A stretch of DNA of 64,000 nt from an uncultured Prevotellaceae bacterium (GTDB lineage: Bacteria; Bacteroidota; Bacteroidia; Bacteroidales; Bacteroidaceae), in assembly GCA_902792635.1 (NCBI GenBank), contig CADBAG010000018.1, forward strand, positions 3,379 through 67,378, given 5' to 3'. Under the pieces are notes generated by a model. That model did not search any database and was not told the origin of the DNA. It was given only the letters and a program-made list of their open reading frames with translations. Position numbers and translations under genes: made by a program. This document shows, piece by piece, positions 1 through 8,086 of the stretch. Position 1 is the first letter of the stretch; the number at the start of each line of letters is the position of its first letter.

Positions 1-65
1 ACATCGTTGATGAAGTAATCGATTACCTTAAGGCTCATAATCCATCATTTATTACCAGCAAATGA
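1..65 (+). CDS. 3' end of a small ORF, probably DUF3791-like (partial, window edge)
   Basis: Frame from base 3 reads IVDEVIDYLKAHNPSFITSK*. Its TGA (63-65) overlaps the ATG of the next gene (ATGA). The DEV motif resembles the C-terminus of the 550..774 protein. Confidence 0.5.
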   Translation, partial: IVDEVIDYLKAHNPSFITSK

Positions 66-553
66 AAGTCTATCACGGATCTACAGAGAAAATAACGTCT
101 CCTCTTGTCAATGTAGGCAGAAAGAACTTGGATTTTGGACAAGGATTCTATGTCACCAATCTGAAGCAACAAGCAATATCATGGGCTACACGGCCCGCCA
201 ATCAAGGAGAAAAGAAATACCTCAATATCTACGAGTTAGACATAGAGGATATCCATCAATCAAATTTTCGAATTCTCCAATTTAGCAAGTATGGAAGAGA
301 ATGGCTTGACTTTGTCGTAGCTAACAGAAAAGGGCAAGGACTTTGGAAGAAATATGATGTGGTAGAAGGCGGCATTGCCAACGATAGAGTCTTCAATACG
401 GTAGAACTCTACGCCGCCGATCTGATAACTGCAGAAGAAGCTCTTCAGCGTCTTAGTTATCACAAGCCCAACAATCAGATCTGTATTATCAATCAAGAAA
501 TAATTGAGCGATATCTTCACTTTATTGAATCCGTAAAAATTGAGGACAAATGA
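62..553 (+). CDS. DUF3990-family protein, ADP-ribosyltransferase-like fold
   Basis: N-terminal YHGS and DFGQGFY motifs, then QAISWA and YDVVEGGIAND, typical of DUF3990. ATGA overlaps at both ends. Confidence 0.8.
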   Translation: MKVYHGSTEKITSPLVNVGRKNLDFGQGFYVTNLKQQAISWATRPANQGEKKYLNIYELDIEDIHQSNFRILQFSKYGREWLDFVVANRKGQGLWKKYDVVEGGIANDRVFNTVELYAADLITAEEALQRLSYHKPNNQICIINQEIIERYLHFIESVKIEDK

Positions 554-774
554 TAAAAGATAACCCATTGATAAATAAGATACTCCTGCAGATGAAGTTT
601 GCAAGGATCATCATTATCTTGTCAAGACGTTTGAATATATCTCAGGCCAAGGCATTACATCTCTTCTACTCCACGAAAGTCTATCAGTATATGTGTAACC
701 TACAGTTTCACCTCCACAATATGAGCGATGACTACTGTGCTGACGAAGTGATGTTAGAACTGGAAAATGCATAA
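550..774 (+). CDS. DUF3791-family small protein
   Basis: 74 aa with LQMKFARII, ALHLFYS and LHNMSDDYCADEV. Coupled to DUF3990 by an ATGA overlap. Confidence 0.7.
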   Translation: MIKDNPLINKILLQMKFARIIIILSRRLNISQAKALHLFYSTKVYQYMCNLQFHLHNMSDDYCADEVMLELENA

Positions 775-885
775 GGTATTGGCTTCGCCAAGAATCAAAC
801 AAATCAATTCAAATCTTTCAGCAGTTGATAGCCCAACAACTCAAGAATATCCAAGGAATAAAAATTGAAGATTGGATAGATAGGA

Positions 886-2034
886 ATGACTAACATTTTG
901 CGTCTAATGGAAAACCAAAACAATATAGCTTCTGAAAGCACAACTCAGAAAAACGACAAGGTTAACAGTTCAAATAGTCATAAGATAAATGTTGACCTTG
1001 TCGCCCTCTTCCTCCTCATTACCCACAAGTGGAAATTTATTGCCATCACATTACTTGTCTGGGCAATATTTGGCATATGGTATGCTTTTCAGCAACCCAA
1101 AGAGTACAGGTCTACGGTCATGCTCGCGCCAGAGACGACAAGCAATAACCTGGCCAGTAAGATATCGTCTATCACATCCATGGTAGGACTCTTTGACGAG
1201 GCCAACCCCACAGGAGACGCCATCTACCCGGAGATCTATCCGGACATGATGTCTTCCAATGACTTTCTCGTCAAGTTGCTTCCTGTCAAGGTGAAGACAC
1301 TGGACAACAAAGTAAACACCAACTTCTACGACTATCAGAAGAACAAGACCAAGAAGACTTTCTTCATGAAAGTGGGAGGAGGAATACAGCACTTTTTCGC
1401 CTCACTCTCTAAGAAAGATGAGGTTCAGCCGCGCGTAGACTCCCTCCATCCTGATCCCCATCATCTGACAAAAATAGAGGATGGTATCGTAAACAGTATG
1501 AGAAAGGACTTCACTTGCCAGGTGGACAAGAAGACGAATGTCATCACCATCAGTGCACAGACGGAAGATCCACTGGTGTCGACCATTATGGCGAATGCCA
1601 TCAAAGATGAACTGCAGAAGTTCATCACCAAATATAAGACGGAGAAGTCGCGCAATGATGTTAAATATATGAGTGAGATCAACCGTAAGGCCAAGCTCGA
1701 CTATTCGAGAGCCAGACAAAAATATGCAGCATATTGTGATGCCAATACGGATGTCACACTCGAATCGGTAAAATCGAAGCAAGAGGATCTGGAGAATGAC
1801 ATGCAGTTGAAATACAATATCTACACGCAGACCATGCAGCAGCTTCAAATGTCAATGGCCACCCTTCAGGACAACACCCCCGCCTTTACGACCATCCAGT
1901 CGGCTTCAGTTCCTTTGAAGCACTGCAACACTCCAAAGATTTTCATCCTCATTACCTTCTTGATCATCGGTTCGCTTATTGACCTTTTGATTATAGCTAT
2001 AAGATACCGTAAGAACATCATACAGATTGCATAG
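886..2034 (+). CDS. wzz: Wzz-type polysaccharide chain-length determinant
   Basis: Two TM segments flank a large coiled-coil periplasmic region, with a Pro-rich motif before the C-terminal TM (ASVPLKHCNTPK). Confidence 0.85.
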   Translation: MTNILRLMENQNNIASESTTQKNDKVNSSNSHKINVDLVALFLLITHKWKFIAITLLVWAIFGIWYAFQQPKEYRSTVMLAPETTSNNLASKISSITSMVGLFDEANPTGDAIYPEIYPDMMSSNDFLVKLLPVKVKTLDNKVNTNFYDYQKNKTKKTFFMKVGGGIQHFFASLSKKDEVQPRVDSLHPDPHHLTKIEDGIVNSMRKDFTCQVDKKTNVITISAQTEDPLVSTIMANAIKDELQKFITKYKTEKSRNDVKYMSEINRKAKLDYSRARQKYAAYCDANTDVTLESVKSKQEDLENDMQLKYNIYTQTMQQLQMSMATLQDNTPAFTTIQSASVPLKHCNTPKIFILITFLIIGSLIDLLIIAIRYRKNIIQIA

Positions 2035-2058
2035 GTTCCCGGATAACACTATGAATAT

Positions 2059-2994
2059 ATGAAGTGGACACAGCTTATCTGCCGATACAAGATCCTCCTC
2101 ATCAGTTCTTTGGCTATTGCAATCGTTGGCAGCACCGTTGTCTCGGTATCCATTCCCAAGTCTTATTGCTCCATCAAAAAGATATCCATCAATGCGAGCG
2201 AAGATAAACTGGAGAAGGCTACCAACAAGCTGAAGCTTCTCTTCCAGAATCCTACTATAGAGCCGAGCAATGTGACCACAGAGCCCAACGTTATCAATGA
2301 GCTTTTAAAGTCGCCCAAACTCTTCCGGCTGATGGGAGAAGCGTATGTCAAGACCTCTGACAACAAAAGGCTCAAGTTGAAAGATTATCTGCTTTTTAGT
2401 CGTGAGCCTTGGTGGAGCCGGTTCTTCAACAGTCAAGATGAAGAAAACCGGCTGGAGCGCTGTATGATGACGGAGGTGGATCTAAAAACGGGAATCATCA
2501 GTATTAAAGGTATGGCTCAGGATCCCTTGGTTGCCTATGAGATTACCGAGATAGCCTCAGCCTCCTTACGGGCTATACTTCAGGCATACACGAAGCATAT
2601 TGCGGTTATCAATACGAACAACATGCGGAAGCAATGCATCAGCAGCAAGAAGAAATATGACCAGGCCATGAAGGCCTATGCCAAATATGTGGACAGCAAC
2701 ACTTCTCCCACTTTAATGGAAGAGCTGAGTATCATTGACAGTCTTCAGAAGAATGTAGACAATGCATTGGAAGAATACAACAAGGCTAACCTGCAGTACC
2801 ATCTGGCTGCAATGAAAGAGCAAAGGCATCAGATCAATTTCATCTCTCTCAATGACGGGAATATTGCCAAGAGCCCGGAGCATCCCAGAACGTTCATCAA
2901 CCTGCTCATCTGGTTGTTTTATGCGTTGTTATTCGACTTCTGGACTATATCCCTCCACAACAAGTTAAGCAGCAGAATTCATGGCAAACAATAG
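2059..2994 (+). CDS. Second, divergent Wzz-like protein
   Basis: Same topology as the upstream gene (N-terminal TM, coiled coil, PEHPR plus C-terminal TM). Shared segments such as VDLKTGIISI vs VDKKTNVITI. Confidence 0.7.
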   Translation: MKWTQLICRYKILLISSLAIAIVGSTVVSVSIPKSYCSIKKISINASEDKLEKATNKLKLLFQNPTIEPSNVTTEPNVINELLKSPKLFRLMGEAYVKTSDNKRLKLKDYLLFSREPWWSRFFNSQDEENRLERCMMTEVDLKTGIISIKGMAQDPLVAYEITEIASASLRAILQAYTKHIAVINTNNMRKQCISSKKKYDQAMKAYAKYVDSNTSPTLMEELSIIDSLQKNVDNALEEYNKANLQYHLAAMKEQRHQINFISLNDGNIAKSPEHPRTFINLLIWLFYALLFDFWTISLHNKLSSRIHGKQ

Positions 2995-4300
2995 AAGCCA
3001 ACTCTTAAAGAAAAACATTCTCTTTTCCTTTGTTATCAAAGGATGGGCTGGCATTGTTCAGATACTGCTGGTGCCGATTACCATCCATTGCCTGGGCAAC
3101 TATATCAATGGCATCTGGATGGTTATCAGTTCTGTTCTTATATGGATCGACTCTCTTGACATCGGACTTGGCAATGGACTGAGAAACAAGCTCTCTGAAC
3201 GTATAGCACTCAGAGACTCACGCGGTGCAAAGGAATATGTTTCCACGACTTTCTTTACACTGATCGGAATCATCATTCCCGCAATAGTTCTCATTCTATT
3301 AGCTTGTACGAATATCGACTTATACAAACTGCTAAACGTAGACCCACGCATCATCCCCAATCTCACGGCGGTGATCTGTCTTTCTGTCGTACTCGTCGGA
3401 AACACTTTCATCTTTAAGTTTTTAGGAAACGTTTACCTCGCCTTACAGTTACCTGCTGTCAATAACGCGTTGGTGACCTTAGGCCAGACGGTAACGTTGC
3501 TGGCAGTTTTCATTCAGCAGGTCTTCCATATCCACTCGCTGACATGGGTAGCAATAGCCTATACCGGAGGTCCTCTGCTCACTTATCTGATAGCATATCC
3601 GGTCACCTTTCATTGGAAATATAAGGAGCTCTCACCTTCGTGGAGATTCTTCAAAAAGAACAAGATAAAAGAACTTTTCTCTCTTGGCATCAAGTTCTTT
3701 GTGCTGCAGATTGCCGGCATTGTGCTCTTTGCATCAACAAATATCTTGATTTCCAGACTTTTCTCTCCCGAGTTGGTCACTCCTTACCAGGTGACCTACC
3801 GCTACTATTCGTTTATCGTTATGCTCTTCACCATCATTGCCATTCCATTCTGGAGTGCTACCACTGATGCCTATGCGAAGCATGATGTCAAGTGGATACG
3901 ATCCTCGGTAAGGAAACTCAACCTCATTGTCCTGTCCATGTTGCTGATCATCATTGTGATGACGCTCGTTTCACCTTTTGTTTACAATATCTGGGTAGGA
4001 TCGGGAGTGAAGACCAACATGATGTTATCCAGCATCATGGGGGCTTATATATTTGTGATTGTCTTCAGCCTTAGCTATTCGTATATTCTCAATGGCATAG
4101 GTGCGCTCAACCTTCAATTGATCGCAACGGTTATAGCGGCGCTTCTCTATTTGCCTTTAGCCTGGCTGCTTGCCCAAAGATTAGGTATCAACGGAATAGC
4201 TTTGGCACTTGTCATCGTGAATATCCCGGGGGCTATTCTCAATCGGATACAGTACAAGAAGATCATCTCGGGCAATGCCTCGGCATTCTGGACCAAATAA
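2981..4300 (+). CDS. wzx: Wzx flippase (MATE/MOP family)
   Basis: About 12 hydrophobic segments, a DIGLGNGLRN motif and polysaccharide-locus context. Confidence 0.85.
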   Translation: MANNRSQLLKKNILFSFVIKGWAGIVQILLVPITIHCLGNYINGIWMVISSVLIWIDSLDIGLGNGLRNKLSERIALRDSRGAKEYVSTTFFTLIGIIIPAIVLILLACTNIDLYKLLNVDPRIIPNLTAVICLSVVLVGNTFIFKFLGNVYLALQLPAVNNALVTLGQTVTLLAVFIQQVFHIHSLTWVAIAYTGGPLLTYLIAYPVTFHWKYKELSPSWRFFKKNKIKELFSLGIKFFVLQIAGIVLFASTNILISRLFSPELVTPYQVTYRYYSFIVMLFTIIAIPFWSATTDAYAKHDVKWIRSSVRKLNLIVLSMLLIIIVMTLVSPFVYNIWVGSGVKTNMMLSSIMGAYIFVIVFSLSYSYILNGIGALNLQLIATVIAALLYLPLAWLLAQRLGINGIALALVIVNIPGAILNRIQYKKIISGNASAFWTK

Positions 4301-4336
4301 TGATCCAGACAAAATGAATAATCGTAAACGCTAACG

Positions 4337-5548
4337 ATGGGTATAACGCTTATCATTATATTAACGGCATTTCTTGTCCTATTCTATTTTTTTCGGATAG
4401 GCGATGCTTTCTCTCCATGGTTCATCACTACAGCTATCTGGCTGGTGATGATACTGCTTCTCAATGCGGGAGATACTGGTTTGTATCCTCTACAGAGCCG
4501 GTTCTATATCTGTACTTTCTTATGGGTACCGATACTCTCTGCCACAGCCATACTCACTTATTACGCTACCCCCGCCTCCAGCAAAGCCAGCAAAGAAGAG
4601 ACACACATCAATCTCGCTTGGCTGAACTTTTTCTTTGCCCTTTCCCTTGTCTTCACGCCGATCTATGTTTTCCGTATCATCAAGACGGTTACAATGTTCG
4701 GTACTGAGGATCTGCTGTCAAACCTCCGAGTATTAGCCGATGCCGGTCAGGAAGACGCCATAGGTACACTCCTGAAATATATCAGTGCCATCAACCAGGC
4801 GTTGTTCATTGTTTGTATCTGGTTCTATAAACAGGTCGGGAAGACGAGAATGACGATCATTACCCTTGCCAACCTGATGTGCGCCTTTGCTATCATGGAG
4901 AAAGGCTCCTTATTCTTCCTCGGGTTAATTGCCATGTTTGTGTTATACGAGAAGAATGTCATCAAACTGAGAACTATCGCCCTCTGTGGCATAGGTATCA
5001 TCATTCTCTTCTACGGCATCAATGTTGCAAGAACGACATCTGACAAACAGCAGGACAGCAATCTCTTCGATTTTATCGCCATGTACATTTTGTCACCTCC
5101 TGTTGCCTTCGAACAAGTACAACAAAAGGTGACTGAACAATTTGGCTCCCGAACCTTTGCCTTCTTTTATGCTTTCGTGACTAAATTGGGAATAGCCAAC
5201 TATACCATTGAGCCTAAGCTCCAGCCCTTTGTGTTCGTACCCGTTTCGACAAACGTCTATACGGTCTACCAACCTTTCTTCCAGGACTTTGGCTATAAAG
5301 GTGTAGCATTCTTTGCATCTGTTTACGGAGTGTTCACCGGATGGGTGTACAGAAAGTTCAAGAATGGCGGGGCTATTTTTAAATGCCTCTATGCTTATAT
5401 TGCAGAGATATTGGTTCTCCAGTTCTTTCAGGAAAACCTGATCCTAAGTTTGTCGACTCTGTTCCAATACTTGTTCGTCATCATCTTAACGCTTCAGGAC
5501 AAGTACAAGCTACTGATCCATCAAACGAGAATCAGTCCATCAAAATAG
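4337..5548 (+). CDS. wzy: Wzy O-antigen/repeat-unit polymerase
   Basis: Polytopic membrane protein with a large loop and TNVYTVYQPFFQDFG motif, directly after wzx. Confidence 0.8.
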   Translation: MGITLIIILTAFLVLFYFFRIGDAFSPWFITTAIWLVMILLLNAGDTGLYPLQSRFYICTFLWVPILSATAILTYYATPASSKASKEETHINLAWLNFFFALSLVFTPIYVFRIIKTVTMFGTEDLLSNLRVLADAGQEDAIGTLLKYISAINQALFIVCIWFYKQVGKTRMTIITLANLMCAFAIMEKGSLFFLGLIAMFVLYEKNVIKLRTIALCGIGIIILFYGINVARTTSDKQQDSNLFDFIAMYILSPPVAFEQVQQKVTEQFGSRTFAFFYAFVTKLGIANYTIEPKLQPFVFVPVSTNVYTVYQPFFQDFGYKGVAFFASVYGVFTGWVYRKFKNGGAIFKCLYAYIAEILVLQFFQENLILSLSTLFQYLFVIILTLQDKYKLLIHQTRISPSK

Positions 5549-5555
5549 TGGTGAT

Positions 5556-6410
5556 ATGAACAAAGACATAGCCCTTGTAATCGTTATTCTCCAGCCGAGC
5601 GCTGAGGAACTCGATCAGATTAAAAGGCTTTCTACAGCATACGCAGGGGTTGTCGTGGACAACAGCTCCAAGCCAATAACCGACGATGACATTGGCTCCC
5701 TTCACTATATGTATAATGGCAACAAAGACGGCATTGCCGGAGCCCAGACTCTTGCGGTCAGCTATCTGTTGGAAAAGAAGATAGCTGACTATGTAGTGTT
5801 CGTTGACCAAGATAGCAGTATCAATCTTGATTACCCAGCATCCATCTGCAGAGAATATCAATCCATTGCCAAGAAATTCCCATTGGCTATCCTTGGACCT
5901 ACAGTATTGCACAAGGATGACGGAGAAGAATATAAATCTGTTGTACATAAAGACAAACTTTTAGACCATGGCTTCATTCCCCGACGGGATGTTATATCCT
6001 CAGGTTCATGCATCAAACTATCCTTGTTTAATGGCACGCTGAAGATCGACAAAGCCTTGTTTATCGACTATGTCGATTTTGATTTGTGCTGGCAAGCTGA
6101 AAGCAAGGGGCTTGTCTGCGGGATAACAAGCAAAATAAAGATTAGACACAAAGTCGGACAGAGAGAATTGTCGTTAGGGAAATATAAGGTCATTATATCC
6201 AACCCCAAAAGGTATTTCTTCCAATACCGGAATTATCTGTGGCTGGCTAAAAGAAGATATGTGCCATTCCAATGGAAAGTCGCCTCTGGCATAAAATTAA
6301 TTCTAAGATTCTTTTATTTTCCTTTATTATTAAAAGATGGTCCTAGAATTTGGATAAACATGGCTAAAGGAATCTTCGCTGGACTCAATTGCAAAATGAA
6401 AATAAGATGA
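5556..6410 (+). CDS. GT2 glycosyltransferase, rhamnosyltransferase-like
   Basis: VVVDNS, GIAGAQ, DQDS, ISSGS and LFIDYVDFD motifs. Confidence 0.8.
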   Translation: MNKDIALVIVILQPSAEELDQIKRLSTAYAGVVVDNSSKPITDDDIGSLHYMYNGNKDGIAGAQTLAVSYLLEKKIADYVVFVDQDSSINLDYPASICREYQSIAKKFPLAILGPTVLHKDDGEEYKSVVHKDKLLDHGFIPRRDVISSGSCIKLSLFNGTLKIDKALFIDYVDFDLCWQAESKGLVCGITSKIKIRHKVGQRELSLGKYKVIISNPKRYFFQYRNYLWLAKRRYVPFQWKVASGIKLILRFFYFPLLLKDGPRIWINMAKGIFAGLNCKMKIR

Positions 6411-7273
6411 AAATCGGAGCATTAATAATCTTTTATAATCCAGATTTGGAAGTTGCAAACAAGGTTATCTGCGATTTATCAATACAGGTTAATAAGATTT
6501 GTATTGTAGATAACTCTAAGCAACAATGCAAGTATCCTTTTAAGTCCGATAAAATAAAATATATATTTATGAATGGCAATAAAGGTATTGCTGCGGCTCA
6601 AAATCAAGGAATTAAATACTTCATACAGGAGGACTACGACTATATTATTTCTTGCGATCAAGATACTCTTATAGGAAGGACAACTATCATTGATTTATTA
6701 CAAACAATGGAAGACTTAACAAAAGCTGGCGTTCCTATAGGCGCAATTGCTCCTATAGGAATAGACCATTATAGCCACAAAAAATTATCGTATAGTATCG
6801 CAAAAATAAGAGAGACCTTTATCGCAGGTCATGAACTCTTAGAAGTTACGCATACCATGAATTCTATGTCACTTATCCCTGTAAGATTATTTAAGGAAGT
6901 AGGAGGTATGGAAGAAGATCTATTCATTGATGCTGTTGATTGTGAATGGTGCTGGAGAGCACATTACCTTACAAAGGTGAGATTTTTTTATGACACCAAC
7001 ATCTTAATGGATCATAGGTTAGGTATAGCAACAAAAAAGTGTTCAAAGGTATACGAAATACATATTACACCTCCTTTTCGCATGTACTTTCAATACCGAA
7101 ATTATCTTTGGTTAATACATAGAAAATATACTCCTCAAAAATGGATCTTATATAATGGGATAAAATATATTGCAAAGATTATTTACTATACATTATTTAG
7201 CTCTGAAAGAATTTCGTATCTCAAACATATAATAAAAGGAATGAAGGACGGAATAAAATCTCAGTCTCGTTAA
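6407..7273 (+). CDS. GT2 glycosyltransferase, rhamnosyltransferase-like (paralogue)
   Basis: IVDNS, GIAAAQN, DQD and LFIDAVDCEWCWR motifs. Start placed at the ATG at 6407, which overlaps the previous stop. Confidence 0.8.
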   Translation: MKIGALIIFYNPDLEVANKVICDLSIQVNKICIVDNSKQQCKYPFKSDKIKYIFMNGNKGIAAAQNQGIKYFIQEDYDYIISCDQDTLIGRTTIIDLLQTMEDLTKAGVPIGAIAPIGIDHYSHKKLSYSIAKIRETFIAGHELLEVTHTMNSMSLIPVRLFKEVGGMEEDLFIDAVDCEWCWRAHYLTKVRFFYDTNILMDHRLGIATKKCSKVYEIHITPPFRMYFQYRNYLWLIHRKYTPQKWILYNGIKYIAKIIYYTLFSSERISYLKHIIKGMKDGIKSQSR

Positions 7274-7287
7274 CAATACATAAATAC

Positions 7288-8082
7288 ATGACAGAATTAA
7301 GACATCTACAATTAGTTATACTTAGCATTGCCAAAGACATTGATGAGCTTTGTATAAAAAATGGCATAGAATACAGCCTCAATGGAGGCTCTGCTATTGG
7401 AGCTATTCGACATCATGGTTTCATTCCCTGGGATGATGATTTGGATATACAGATGACACCACCCAACTATAGAAAGTTCATTCAGGTCTGCCGTGAACAA
7501 CTTAACACAGAGAAGTACTATTTTGAAGAAGGATTAGTAGATTGGCCACTTGATTTTTGCAAGGTAAAACTAAAAGGTACTTATATGGAAGAGGTTGAGG
7601 GGTATGCTGGTAAGCAGAACCAGCTTGGTATCTTTATTGATATATTCAGAGTTGACGGAGGAGCCCCCACTAAAATAGGTAGAGCATGGCAATATATCTG
7701 CGCTCGATATCGAACAGCATTTCTAATGCGGAAGCGTGGATATAAAAGTGCTTCCTTGGTAAAGAAGATTGCTATGGCATTATCTTTCCCACAATATTTA
7801 TATCCAATTGGACAATTCTTTCAGCATGAGAAAGAAAAATATAATGGCGAGGAAACTGGCTATTATGCTTTCCTTTCAGAAAGAACTTCCTATAGACATG
7901 CCTTTTGCAGGAAAGAAGTTTTTGAAGGGACGTTACGCGTACCTTTCGAAGATATTAATTTGCCTGTTCCAATTCTCTATGATGAATATCTCAAAATTGT
8001 TTTCGGCGATTACATGAAACTTCCTCCAAAAGAAGAACAAGTACCAGCACACCATAAAAGAATAGATTTCGGAAAATACTAA
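7288..8082 (+). CDS. licD: LicD-family phosphotransferase (CDP-alcohol donor)
   Basis: GGSAIGAIRHHGFIPWDDDLDI signature and IFIDIF. Confidence 0.9.
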   Translation: MTELRHLQLVILSIAKDIDELCIKNGIEYSLNGGSAIGAIRHHGFIPWDDDLDIQMTPPNYRKFIQVCREQLNTEKYYFEEGLVDWPLDFCKVKLKGTYMEEVEGYAGKQNQLGIFIDIFRVDGGAPTKIGRAWQYICARYRTAFLMRKRGYKSASLVKKIAMALSFPQYLYPIGQFFQHEKEKYNGEETGYYAFLSERTSYRHAFCRKEVFEGTLRVPFEDINLPVPILYDEYLKIVFGDYMKLPPKEEQVPAHHKRIDFGKY

Positions 8083-8086
8083 GAAT

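Noticed and set aside
775-885. Invertible promoter or ops/JUMPstart element before wzz
   Set aside because: No inverted-repeat pair, TAnnTTTG box or ops-like motif was found, and no UpxY or recombinase gene is in the window.
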